Origin: Bacillota bacterium
GTDB taxonomy: Bacteria > Bacillota > Sulfobacillia > JACIYH01
Reading direction: 5' to 3'
NCBI GenBank assembly: GCA_030019365.1
Contig: JASEFA010000006.1
Location: 56,393 to 120,392 of the forward strand
Length of the DNA stretch: 64,000 nt
In this document: piece by piece, positions 1 to 8,715 of the stretch
Layout: every line of letters starts with the position of its first letter
Position numbering within the stretch: position 1 is the first letter of the stretch
The notes under the pieces: generated by a model
Databases searched by the model: none
Seen by the model: only the letters and a program-made list of their open reading frames with translations
Told to the model about the DNA's origin: nothing
Made by a program: the position numbers and the translations under genes

Positions 1-74
1 CGCGAATACTTGCTGCGCCTGCTCCATCCCTGGCTCAAGCACGCCGAGTGAAGGCTCGTCTTCTCAAGACCTGC

Positions 75-539
75 TCAACCGAGGTGGCGGCGCAGGTTGG
101 CCATCTCAATGGCGGCCTGGGCGGCGTCGAAGCCCTTGTTGCCCATCTTGGTGCCCGCCCGTTCGATGGCCTGCTCCAGGTTGTCGGCGGTAACGATGCC
201 GAATATGGTGGGCACACCTGTGTCCAGGCCCACCCTGGCGATCCCCTTGGTGACCTCGGCGGCCACGTACTCGAAGTGGGGCGTGGACCCGCGGATGATG
301 GCCCCCAGGCATATCACGGCGTCGTAGCGGCCCGACCGGGCCATATGCAGGGCCACGCCGGGGATCTCGAACCCGCCCGGCACCCACGCCACGGTGATGT
401 CCCCGTCGGCCACCCCGTGACGGGAGAGAGCATCCAGGGCCCCGTCCAGCAGCCGGGAGGAAATGAACTCGTTGAAGCGGCTGACCACGATACCGATCTT
501 CAGCCCCTGACCCAGCAACTCGCCCTGATAAACCTTCAT
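75..539 (-). CDS. ribH: 6,7-dimethyl-8-ribityllumazine synthase
   Basis: 154-aa [28 protein letters not shown] is collinear with Bacillus RibH ([25 protein letters not shown]). Last gene of the rib operon. Confidence 0.95.
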   Translation of the reverse strand: MKVYQGELLGQGLKIGIVVSRFNEFISSRLLDGALDALSRHGVADGDITVAWVPGGFEIPGVALHMARSGRYDAVICLGAIIRGSTPHFEYVAAEVTKGIARVGLDTGVPTIFGIVTADNLEQAIERAGTKMGNKGFDAAQAAIEMANLRRHLG

Positions 540-598
540 TCCTCCTGCCCCTTTCTATTGCTGGTATAGCGCGCTCGCGGGCCGTGCCAGCCGCCCTT

Positions 599-1822
599 TT
601 AGTCGTCGAGGCCGTCCAGCAGGTGGCCCAGCTTCTCCCGCTTGGCCTTCAGGTAGCGGGCGTTGATGCGGTTCGGCTTCACCTGGATGGGGACGCGCTC
701 GACGATCTCCAGCCCGTAGCCCGCCAGGGCCGCGTACTTGCGCGGGTTGTTGGTGAGGAGCAACATGCGGCGCACCCCCAGGTCCGCCAGGACCTGCGCG
801 CCCGTCCCGTAGTCGCGGGCGTCGGGGGGAAAGCCCAGCTTCACGTTAGCCTCCACCGTATCCAGCCCGGCATCCTGCAGGGCATAGGCCCGGATCTTGT
901 TGGCCAGGCCGATGCCCCGGCCCTCCTGGCGCATGTAGAGCACCACCCCCCGGCCGGCCTCCTGTACCATGTGCATGGCCCGCTCCAGCTGCTCGCCACA
1001 GTCGCAGCGCAGCGAGCCGAAGGTGTCCCCGGTGAGGCACTCCGAGTGCACCCTCACCAGGACGGGCTCATCCCCGGCGATCTCGCCCTTGACCAGGGCC
1101 ACGTGGCACTTGCCGGTGAGGAGGTCCTCGTAGGCATGGAGCTGGAAGTCACCGTACCGGGTGGGGAGCACCGCGCTGGCGATGCGCCTGACCAGCCGGT
1201 CGGTGCGCATGCGGTACTTGATGACCTCTTCGATGGTGATGATTTTAAGGCCGTGCTCCCGGGCGAACTCGGCGAGTTGCGGCAGGCGGGCCATGGTGCC
1301 GTCCTCGTTCATGATCTCGCAGATCACGCCGGCGGGGTACAATCCCGCCATGCGGGCCAGATCCACCGCCGCCTCGGTGTGGCCGGGCCGGCGCAGTACG
1401 CCCCCTTCCTTGGCGCGCAGGGGAAAGATGTGTCCCGGCCGCACCAGATCCTCGGGCCGGGTGGCGGGGTCGATGACCGCCTTCACGGTCATGGCCCGCT
1501 CGGGGGCCGAGATGCCGGTGGTGCAGTGGCGGGAATCGACCGACACCGTGAAGGCCGTCCCCATGTGGTCGCCCTGCGCGGGTACCATGATGGGGATCTG
1601 GAGCTCGTCCAGGCGCTCCCCCACGATGGGCAGGCAGATCAGTCCCCGCCCGTACCGGGCCATGAAGTTGATGGCCTCGGGCGTGACCTTCTCTGCTGCC
1701 ATGACCAGGTCGCCCTCATTCTCGCGGCTCTCGTCGTCGACCACGACCACCATGCGGCCCTGCCGGATCTCCCCCAGCACCTCGGCCACCGTAGCGAATT
1801 CCACGACCCTGTCCCCGGTCAC
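599..1822 (-). CDS. ribBA: bifunctional 3,4-dihydroxy-2-butanone-4-phosphate synthase / GTP cyclohydrolase II
   Basis: [11 protein letters not shown] and [12 protein letters not shown] motifs. The ORF track extends to 1942, but codon-3 GC collapses upstream of 1822. GTG at 1822 follows AGGAG (1833..1829) and matches the Bacillus RibA N-terminus. Confidence 0.93.
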   Translation of the reverse strand: MTGDRVVEFATVAEVLGEIRQGRMVVVVDDESRENEGDLVMAAEKVTPEAINFMARYGRGLICLPIVGERLDELQIPIMVPAQGDHMGTAFTVSVDSRHCTTGISAPERAMTVKAVIDPATRPEDLVRPGHIFPLRAKEGGVLRRPGHTEAAVDLARMAGLYPAGVICEIMNEDGTMARLPQLAEFAREHGLKIITIEEVIKYRMRTDRLVRRIASAVLPTRYGDFQLHAYEDLLTGKCHVALVKGEIAGDEPVLVRVHSECLTGDTFGSLRCDCGEQLERAMHMVQEAGRGVVLYMRQEGRGIGLANKIRAYALQDAGLDTVEANVKLGFPPDARDYGTGAQVLADLGVRRMLLLTNNPRKYAALAGYGLEIVERVPIQVKPNRINARYLKAKREKLGHLLDGLDD

Positions 1823-1959
1823 TTCTGCTCCTGCCTCCTCGCCTGCCTCACTCGCACGAGCCCCACATTTTTGGCCGTCCCGCCGCCAGCGACACGCCCT
1901 GGGGCGGGCCCGTCGCCAGCATCCATGCCCTGCCGAACGCACGCACCGGCTACGCGCCC

Positions 1960-2616
1960 TTACAGGAAACCGGCTTCGCGCAGCCGCTGGAGGGTGATGC
2001 CGGGTTCCTCCTCCGGCGCTGCAGCTGCCCTGGCGTCGAGCAGGTGCTTGACGTAGCGGGCCAGAACGTCCGCTTCCAGGTTGACCACGGCCCCGGGCCG
2101 CCGCCCGCCCAGGTTGGTCACGGCCCGGGTGTGCGGGATCAGCGACACCCGGAAGTGCCCCCCTTCGGTGGCCACTATGGTGAGGCTGACCCCGTCCACC
2201 GCCACCGAGCCCCGCGGTGCCAGGTAGGGAACCAGGTCGGCGGGCGCGGCGATATCCATGATGACCGCCTCACCCTCCGGCCGCATGAACGCCACCGTGC
2301 CGGTGGCATCCACGTGACCGGTCACCAGGTGGCCGCCCAGCCGTCCCCCCAGGGGCAGGGCCCGCTCCAGGTTAACGGCCTCCCCGGGCACCAGCCGGCT
2401 CAGATTGGTGCGCCGCAGAGTCTCGGGCATGGCCTGAGCCACGAACCCCTCCCCGCCCGCCCGCGCCACCGTCAGGCACACCCCGTTGACCGCCACGCTG
2501 TCGCCGGGGCGCAGGTCTTCCCCCACCCGCCGGCACGATATCTCCAGGTCCGCACCCGCGGACGATTGCCGGAGTGACCGCAGCCGACCCACTTCCTCTA
2601 CGATGCCGGTGAACAT
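1960..2616 (-). CDS. ribE: riboflavin synthase alpha chain
   Basis: 218 aa starting [12 protein letters not shown] (ATG at 2616). It lies inside the artificial 651-aa ORF 1960..3915. Confidence 0.93.
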   Translation of the reverse strand: MFTGIVEEVGRLRSLRQSSAGADLEISCRRVGEDLRPGDSVAVNGVCLTVARAGGEGFVAQAMPETLRRTNLSRLVPGEAVNLERALPLGGRLGGHLVTGHVDATGTVAFMRPEGEAVIMDIAAPADLVPYLAPRGSVAVDGVSLTIVATEGGHFRVSLIPHTRAVTNLGGRRPGAVVNLEADVLARYVKHLLDARAAAAPEEEPGITLQRLREAGFL

Positions 2617-3713
2617 GTCCCCGCCCCCTCTCCGGGCCCGTCCACCACGTAAGCGGTGACCAGGACGTCTCCACCCACCCGCTCGACCACCACATCCCGC
2701 AGCCTGCGGGCCTCCCGCAGGCGGGCAACTCCCTCTCCCCCCAGCGGTGAAGGTGCCCAGGCGCCGCCTACCAGCAGGGGGGCCAGGAAGAACATGATCT
2801 TGTCCACCCACCCTCCCGCCAGGAAGGAGGCAGCCAGGGTGGGCCCGCCCTCCAGCAAGACGGAGGTGATCTCCCGCTCTCCCAGCGCTCGCACCAGGGC
2901 ACCGGGGTCGACCCGTCCCCCGCGGGACGGAAGCTCGATTACCTCCACCCCCGGGATGGCCTCCAGGGCGGCCCTGGTGTCCCCCGACATGGTCGCCGTA
3001 GTGGCCACCAGGGTGCGAGCCGGTGACCCCGAACGGAGCAGGCGGGCGGTAACGGGGAGACGTCCCCGGCTGTCCACCACCACCCGCACGGGATCCCGAC
3101 CCCCTTCGATGCGGCAGGTGAGCAGGGGATCGTCCGCCAGCACGGTGCCGATCCCCACCATGACGGCGTCGTACCGGTCCCGCAGCCGGTGCACCAGCCG
3201 CCGCGATTCCTCCCCGCTGATCCAGCGGGAATCCCCCTCCGCCGTGGCCACCTTGCCGTCCAGGCTGAGGGCAGCCTTGTAGGTCACAAAGGGGATCCCC
3301 GTGGCGATGTACTTGCAGAAGGCTTCGTTCAGGCGGCGGGCTTCCTCCTCGCGGCACCCCACCTGGACCTCGATCCCCGCCCGCCGCAGGTCCTCCACCC
3401 CGCGACCAGCCACCCGCGGGTTGGGGTCGAGCATGGCCGCCACCACCCGCGCCACCCCCGCGCGCATCACCTCGCGGGTGCAGGGGGGGGTGCGCCCGAA
3501 GTGGCAGCACGGCTCCAGGGTGACGTACAGGGTGGCGCCCCGGGCGGCCTCCCCTGCCCGGCGCAAGGCCACCACTTCTGCATGGGGCTGTCCCGCCGCG
3601 GCATGATAGCCCTCGCCCACCACACGACCGTCCTTCACCACCACCGCACCCACCATGGGGTTGGGACTGGTGCGTCCGGCCGCCCGCTCTGCCAGGGCCA
3701 GTGCCCTGTCCAT
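2598..3713 (-). CDS. ribD: bifunctional riboflavin-biosynthesis deaminase / reductase
   Basis: HAEVVAL...TLEPCCHFGRTPPC zinc deaminase motif plus a reductase domain. ATG at 3713 (MDRALALAERAAG). The upstream part of ORF 2598..4022 is riboswitch RNA. Confidence 0.93.
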   Translation of the reverse strand: MDRALALAERAAGRTSPNPMVGAVVVKDGRVVGEGYHAAAGQPHAEVVALRRAGEAARGATLYVTLEPCCHFGRTPPCTREVMRAGVARVVAAMLDPNPRVAGRGVEDLRRAGIEVQVGCREEEARRLNEAFCKYIATGIPFVTYKAALSLDGKVATAEGDSRWISGEESRRLVHRLRDRYDAVMVGIGTVLADDPLLTCRIEGGRDPVRVVVDSRGRLPVTARLLRSGSPARTLVATTATMSGDTRAALEAIPGVEVIELPSRGGRVDPGALVRALGEREITSVLLEGGPTLAASFLAGGWVDKIMFFLAPLLVGGAWAPSPLGGEGVARLREARRLRDVVVERVGGDVLVTAYVVDGPGEGAGTCSPAS

Positions 3714-3871
3714 GAAGTGCTCGCCTATGGCTGTCCGTCCTGGCTCCGTATGCGATCTCCTCTCCACCCCGGGGACCACCGCCGCCATCCCGGGCCATGG
3801 GTTCCGGACGACCCCCGGCGGGCGCCCCGCGCAGGCCAGCCGGCCCATGCCGGGCGGACCTTCCCGGCGCA

Positions 3872-3903
3872 GCAAAATGCCCCGGGCAACCGGGCCCGGG
3901 GCA
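3872..3903 (-). terminator. intrinsic terminator of the FMN riboswitch
   Basis: Minus strand GCCCCGGGC-CCGGTT-GCCCGGGGC followed by ATTTTGC. Confidence 0.75.
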
Positions 3904-4092
3904 TGGCATGCGCAAGGCTTCCCGCTCGGGGAACTATGCCTTCTCCCATCCAGACTGTACTGTCGGCCCCGGAATTCCACCGGATCTGCCACGGGCGGGT
4001 GCCGTGGTTCGCGGGCTCTCACCGCCGGTCAGGAATCGAAGGAGGCCGGCCGTGGCTCCACCCGGCAGCCTTCTCACCTTGCCCCGAAGGCC
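3872..4092 (-). promoter_or_regulatory. FMN riboswitch (RFN element) with terminator-type expression platform
   Basis: The minus strand carries the conserved RFN cores: CTTCGGGGCAAGGTGAGA...GACCGGCGGTGAGAGCCCGCGAACC...GATCCGGTGGAATTCCGGGGCCGACAGTACAGTCTGGATGGGAGAAGG. P1 is CCTTC/GAAGG. It lies directly upstream of ribD. Confidence 0.9.
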
Positions 4093-4111
4093 CCTCATTC
4101 ATTTCAGCCCC

Positions 4112-4140
4112 ATTGTAGCCACTCGCCCTTCATCGCGCAA
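4112..4140 (-). promoter_or_regulatory. putative sigma-A promoter of the rib operon
   Basis: Minus strand TTGCGC-N17-TACAAT, about 15 nt upstream of the riboswitch 5' end. Confidence 0.55.
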
Positions 4141-4186
4141 TCCCCCCACGCCCGTGTCCGAACCTCGACCCGTGCTAGGATTGGGC

Positions 4187-4645
4187 ATGAGCCCGCCTCG
4201 CGGGCAGAGAGCGGTGAGCGGAGGTGATGGGGCCTTGGCCGGGACGGAGAAGTACGCGCACATGCTAGGCATTCTGGCAAAGTACAAACCGGTGGCGGTG
4301 TACCTCTTCGGTTCTCGGGCTCAGGGAAGGGCGAGGGCCGACAGCGACATCGACCTCGCCATTGTACTTCCGGACGACTGCTCCATCCCTGCCACCGAAC
4401 GGATAGATCTCATTGCCAGGCTGGAAGCACTTGCCGGACAGCGGGTGGACCTCGTCCTTTTGAACCGCGCCCCCCTCCCGCTCCAGTTCGAGATTATCCA
4501 TACGGGTATCCTGTTGTATGAGTCCAGTTCTGACGCCCGGACGGATTTCGAGGACATCGTCGTGAGAGACTACCTCGACCTGGGGCCGATGCTGGAGCGT
4601 TCCCGGCAGGAGATAATGGAAGAGGCGGCGAGGGGCGTGGCGTAG
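4187..4645 (+). CDS. nucleotidyltransferase-domain protein (MNT-type antitoxin-like)
   Basis: LFGSRAQGRARADSDIDLAIVL is the GSxxxG..SDxD minimal nucleotidyltransferase motif. ATG at 4187; alternative ATG at 4262. Confidence 0.8.
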   Translation: MSPPRGQRAVSGGDGALAGTEKYAHMLGILAKYKPVAVYLFGSRAQGRARADSDIDLAIVLPDDCSIPATERIDLIARLEALAGQRVDLVLLNRAPLPLQFEIIHTGILLYESSSDARTDFEDIVVRDYLDLGPMLERSRQEIMEEAARGVA

Positions 4646-4777
4646 TTGCTCAATCCCCAGTTGATTGCGGAACGGGCGCAGAGTGTCCGAGCCTCCATAG
4701 CGCGATTGCGCACACTGGCAACCCTCTCACGCGAGGAGTTCCAGGCCGCTCCGGCTATCGGGCTTCAGCCAGGCCGG
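4646..4777 (+). pseudogene. possible truncated HepT/DUF86 (HEPN) toxin remnant
   Basis: It starts immediately after the MNT stop (TAG-TTG). The first ~38 codons (LNPQLIAERAQSVRASIARLRTLATLSREEFQAAP) resemble the first HEPN/DUF86 helix. The frame then runs antisense into the cupin gene, and no RxxxxH motif follows. Confidence 0.3.
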
Positions 4778-5170
4778 CTAGTGGCCGGGCTGGTCGGGGG
4801 CCGGGACGCTGCAGGCCCTGGTGCCCCGCGGAACCACGCAGATGAACTCGATGGGGTGGCCAGGGGCAGCACGGAACTGGTGCATCTCCCCGGGGGGAAC
4901 GAACGCCACGCTACCGGGCTCGAGCGGCGTATCGCCCGCATCGCTCCTGGCGGAGCCGCGCCCGGCCACGACGAACACCTCGTGCTCCCAGGGATGCTGG
5001 TGCCACTCGGTATTCATCCCCTCGTCCAGGTGGAAAAGACGCATCTCGAAGTTGGGAGCTCCCTGCTCTTCTGATATCACCCACCGTACTGTGGCCCGCT
5101 TGCCACCGGGGGTTCCGCCCTGCGCGATGCTGCTTTCGGGCACCTGCGACACGTGAGTCACATACACCAT
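4778..5170 (-). CDS. cupin-domain protein
   Basis: 130 aa with cupin motifs (WHQHPWEHEVFVVAGRG ... PPGEMHQF). GAGGAG Shine-Dalgarno 7 nt before the ATG. Confidence 0.8.
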   Translation of the reverse strand: MVYVTHVSQVPESSIAQGGTPGGKRATVRWVISEEQGAPNFEMRLFHLDEGMNTEWHQHPWEHEVFVVAGRGSARSDAGDTPLEPGSVAFVPPGEMHQFRAAPGHPIEFICVVPRGTRACSVPAPDQPGH

Positions 5171-5344
5171 CGACCATCTCCTCGCCGGCTCATGTGATCA
5201 GGAACGAAACCCGCCGGGTCTGGATGCTGCTTCCCCAGTCAGCATGCCCCCCGGCCCCCAGTGAGTTTCTCCCCTGACCGCAGGGCTCCCTGCTCCTGCG
5301 CGGCCAGATCAACCCTGGCGTGGATGGCTGCTCCGGGGCGCGCA

Positions 5345-6058
5345 TCAGGAGGGGCGGCGGACGCCGAGATAAGCTTCCCGCACGCGGGGGTCCTCCAGCA
5401 GGGCGCGGGCGGGTCCCGAAATGCTCGTGACTCCCGCATCGAGCACGTAGCCCCGGTCCGCAACCTCCAGGGCTCGCAGCGCGTTCTGCTCCGCCAGCAG
5501 GACGGTCGTGCCCTGCTCCCGCACGCGGGCGATGGCCGCAAACAGGGTGTCCATCATGATGGGCGCCAGTCCCAGGGAGGGCTCGTCCAGCAGCAACAGC
5601 TGGGGCCGCGACATCAATCCCCGGGCGATGGCGAGCATCTGCTGCTCGCCGCCGGAGAGGGTGCCGGCGTACTGGCGCCGCCGCTCCCTGAGCACAGGAA
5701 ACAGGTCGAACATGGCCTCCGTGTCCCGGGATATGCCCGCCCGGTCGCGGCGCAGGAAGGCACCCATGAGCAGGTTCTCGCTCACCGTCAGATTGGCGTA
5801 CAGGCGACGCCGCTCCGGCACCAGGCATACGCCGCGGCTGAGGACCTCGTGGGGGCGCCCGGTCAGGGGCCGGCCCAGGAAGAGGATACGGCCAGCCCTG
5901 GGCCGCAGCACTCCCGCCAGGGTCCACATCAGTGTTGACTTGCCGGCCCCGTTGGCCCCCAGCAGGCACACGATCTCTCCCCGCTCCACCCGCAGGGATG
6001 CTCCCCGCAGGGCCCGGATCTCTCCGTAGGAAACGTGGAGGTCCTCAACCGCCAGCAC
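5345..6058 (-). CDS. livF: branched-chain amino acid ABC transporter ATP-binding protein
   Basis: Walker A GANGAGKST, signature LSGGEQQMLAIARGL, Walker B LLLLDEPS. GTG start overlaps the upstream gene by 14 nt. Confidence 0.92.
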   Translation of the reverse strand: MLAVEDLHVSYGEIRALRGASLRVERGEIVCLLGANGAGKSTLMWTLAGVLRPRAGRILFLGRPLTGRPHEVLSRGVCLVPERRRLYANLTVSENLLMGAFLRRDRAGISRDTEAMFDLFPVLRERRRQYAGTLSGGEQQMLAIARGLMSRPQLLLLDEPSLGLAPIMMDTLFAAIARVREQGTTVLLAEQNALRALEVADRGYVLDAGVTSISGPARALLEDPRVREAYLGVRRPS

Positions 6059-7772
6059 GGGCCCCGGCCTCCCCCAGATACGCCTTGAGTACGAGCGGAT
6101 TCTGCTGGATCGCGTTCGGGGGACCCTCCGCCAGGAGGGCCCCGAAGTTCAGCACCACTATGCGGTCGCAGAGGTCGGTGACCACATCCATGTGGTGCTC
6201 GATCAGCACGGTGCTGAGGCCGAAGGAGCGGTGGATGGCCCGCACCATGTCAACCAGGCTCCGGCTCTCCTCCGGATTCATGCCCGCCGCCGGCTCGTCG
6301 AGCAGCAGCACGCGCGGCCGCAAGGCCAGCGCCCGCGCTATCTCCAGGCGCCGCTGCAGGCCGTAGGGCAGGCTGTGGGAACGCTGACCGGCGTGACCCT
6401 CCAGCCCCACCCGCTCCAGCAGGGCCAGGGCCTGCTGCCGCAGCTCGGCCTCCCGCTTCAGGCAGCGGCGTGTCCGCAGCAGCGCGTCCAGGAGGGTGTA
6501 CCCGGGCGGGTGGCCGACCGGCATGAGCACGTTGTCCAGCACGTTGAGGTTGCGGAAGAGGCGGACGTTCTGGAAGGTGCGCGCGATGCCGGCGCGGGCG
6601 ATGCGATCCGGCCGCAGCCCCCGCACGCTCAGCCCGTCGAACGTGATCTCCCCCTCCGACACGGGGTAGACGCCCGTGATCAGGTTGAACACCGTGGTCT
6701 TGCCCGCCCCGTTGGGACCGATCAGTCCCAGGATTTCCCCCGGGCACAGCTCCGCATTGAGACGGTCGCAGGCCACCACGCCGCCGAACCGTTTGCTCAC
6801 CCGGGCCAGCTGGAGGACGGGCCTGCCGGCCGTCGCCTCTTGCCCGGGCGCGGCACCATCCGCAACGCTCCCCACGCCCCCGAGACCGCCTGCGCCAGGC
6901 GTGGCCTCGGACGGATGTCGGGCGGGGCGGCCACGCCATCCCATGGTCTTCCAGCCCAACTCGCGGTAGCCCAGCAGGCCCTGGGGACGGAACACCATGA
7001 TGGCCACCAGGAGGGCCCCGTAGGCCACCAGCCTCCACATGCTGGCCACCCGCAGCAGCTCCGGGATGCCTACGAAGAGGGCAGTGGCGAGGGCGGGGCC
7101 GGTCAGGCTGCCCATACCTCCGCACACCACTGCCGCCGTAAGCTGCGTGGACAGCACCGAAGTGAACATGGCGGGCTGGATGAAGTTGAAGTAGTGGGCG
7201 AACAGCCCGCCCGAGAGACCGGCGGCCGCAGCGCTGAACAGGAGCGACCTCATCCTGGCCCGCATGACATCCACGCCCATGATCTCGGCGGCCACGTGGT
7301 CCTCCCGCACCGCCACCGCCTCCCGTCCGAAGTGGGACGAGATCAGGTTGCGCGCCATGAGCAGCATGAAGGCCGCGGTGGCGGCGGCCACGGGCAGGCT
7401 GGTGTGGTGGGCGATACCGGGCAACCCGCGCGCCCCCTGGGTGATGTCCAGGTTCTCGAGCAGCACCCGCACGGCCTCGCCGAACCCCAGGGTGGCGATG
7501 GCGAAGTAGTCGCTCCGCAGCTTGGCGCGGAGAGTGGGATAGCCGATCACCAACCCCGCCGCACCCGCGCTGACGGCACCGGCCAGCAGGGCGAGGGGGT
7601 AGGGACAGTGGTAGAAGTAGGTGAGGATGCCGGCCGTATACGCACCGATGGCCACGAAGGCGGCATGGCCCAGGCTGAACAGACCGGTGAACCCGGTGAG
7701 CACGGCCAGGCCGGTGGTGGCCACCATGTTGATGCAGATAATGGTCAGCACCCCGGTCAGATACTCGCCCAT
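6045..7772 (-). CDS. livM/livG: fused branched-chain amino acid ABC transporter permease (LivM) / ATPase (LivG)
   Basis: The N-terminal ~290 aa is a multi-TM LivM-type permease. A Gly/Ala/Pro linker follows. The C-terminal half has GPNGAGKTTVFN, LPYGLQRRLEIARAL and LLLDEPAAG. Confidence 0.9.
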   Translation of the reverse strand: MGEYLTGVLTIICINMVATTGLAVLTGFTGLFSLGHAAFVAIGAYTAGILTYFYHCPYPLALLAGAVSAGAAGLVIGYPTLRAKLRSDYFAIATLGFGEAVRVLLENLDITQGARGLPGIAHHTSLPVAAATAAFMLLMARNLISSHFGREAVAVREDHVAAEIMGVDVMRARMRSLLFSAAAAGLSGGLFAHYFNFIQPAMFTSVLSTQLTAAVVCGGMGSLTGPALATALFVGIPELLRVASMWRLVAYGALLVAIMVFRPQGLLGYRELGWKTMGWRGRPARHPSEATPGAGGLGGVGSVADGAAPGQEATAGRPVLQLARVSKRFGGVVACDRLNAELCPGEILGLIGPNGAGKTTVFNLITGVYPVSEGEITFDGLSVRGLRPDRIARAGIARTFQNVRLFRNLNVLDNVLMPVGHPPGYTLLDALLRTRRCLKREAELRQQALALLERVGLEGHAGQRSHSLPYGLQRRLEIARALALRPRVLLLDEPAAGMNPEESRSLVDMVRAIHRSFGLSTVLIEHHMDVVTDLCDRIVVLNFGALLAEGPPNAIQQNPLVLKAYLGEAGARAGG

Positions 7773-7779
7773 GGGCCCC

Positions 7780-8652
7780 CTACACCTTCTCCTCCAGCGA
7801 CTTGCCCAGCAACCCCGTGGGCAGTACCAGCAGCAGCACCACCAGCAGCGAAAAGCTGAATACGTCGCGGATGATCGAGGAAACGTACACGGATACCAGC
7901 GTCTCGGTGAGGCCCAGGATGAGCCCGCCGATCACCGCACCGGGCAGGCTGCCCAGGCCACCGATTACGGCGGCGATGTACGCCTTGTTGGTGATCCAGC
8001 CCATGGTGGGGTACACGATGTACTTGAGACCCATGAAGATACCGGAAAGCCCCGCCAGGGACCCCGCCAGCACGAAGACCAGCTTCACGAGCCGGTTGAT
8101 GTTCACGCCGTTGATGCTGGCCACCGTCATGTCGTAGCTCGCTGCCCGGATGGCGGTGCCCAGCTTGCTGCGCGTGAGAAAGTAGTGGAGGACGGTGATA
8201 GCCGCAGCAGAGAAGCCCAGCGCGAAGAGATCGAGAATGCCCACAGAGCTGGCCAGCAAAGTGATGGTCTGGCGGTGGAATATCTCGGGGTAAGCGTAGA
8301 AGTGGGACCCGATGGTCACGTACACCATGTTCTCCAGGAAGATGGACGTGCCCATGGCGCTGATCATGAAATACAGGCTGGGAGCCCGCCGTGCCCGCAG
8401 GGAGGAATAGGCGATGCTCTCGTTCAACACCGCCAGCCCGGCCGCTCCCACCACAGCCCCCAAGATGGCAACCGCCAGGGGCTGATGGAAGGAGGCGAGG
8501 ATGTAATACCCCATGTAGGACGCGAGCATGATCACCGTCCCGTGGGCAAAGTTGCTGAAGTTGAGCACGCTGAACACCAGAGAATATCCGACCGCCATGA
8601 GGGCGTATATCCCGCCGATGGCCAGGCCCGTTACCAGAGTTTGCAAGAGCAA
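7780..8652 (-). CDS. livH: branched-chain amino acid ABC transporter permease
   Basis: LLQTLVTGLAIGGIYALMAVGYSLVF is a typical LivH N-terminus. The ORF extends to 8688, but TTG at 8652 is preceded by GGGAGAG. Confidence 0.9.
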   Translation of the reverse strand: MLLQTLVTGLAIGGIYALMAVGYSLVFSVLNFSNFAHGTVIMLASYMGYYILASFHQPLAVAILGAVVGAAGLAVLNESIAYSSLRARRAPSLYFMISAMGTSIFLENMVYVTIGSHFYAYPEIFHRQTITLLASSVGILDLFALGFSAAAITVLHYFLTRSKLGTAIRAASYDMTVASINGVNINRLVKLVFVLAGSLAGLSGIFMGLKYIVYPTMGWITNKAYIAAVIGGLGSLPGAVIGGLILGLTETLVSVYVSSIIRDVFSFSLLVVLLLVLPTGLLGKSLEEKV

Positions 8653-8715
8653 GTTCGTTTCTCTCCCAGAACCCCGAGGGACCCACAAGGGTCCCCCGGG
8701 GCATGCGATGTTACG

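Noticed and set aside
584-2056. 490-aa plus-strand ORF, and similar very long ORFs at 7621-10134, 16987-19083, 22088-24382, 30795-32759, 35153-36862, 38377-40812, 42038-44005, 48810-50957 and 59611-61389.
   Set aside because: Each lies antisense to a confidently recognised gene. All are dominated by Arg/Pro/Gly/His/Ala with no recognisable motifs. They lack stop codons simply because the genome is ~70% GC. The sense genes show the expected high codon-3 GC instead.
1960-3915. 651-aa ORF that appears to span ribE and most of ribD.
   Set aside because: Only the last 218 codons (from ATG 2616) are riboflavin synthase. The upstream part is an out-of-frame read-through of ribD. Similar N-terminal over-extensions were trimmed for ribD, pyrC, pyrF, pyrD, gntR, lspA, the amidohydrolase, the HD protein and selB.
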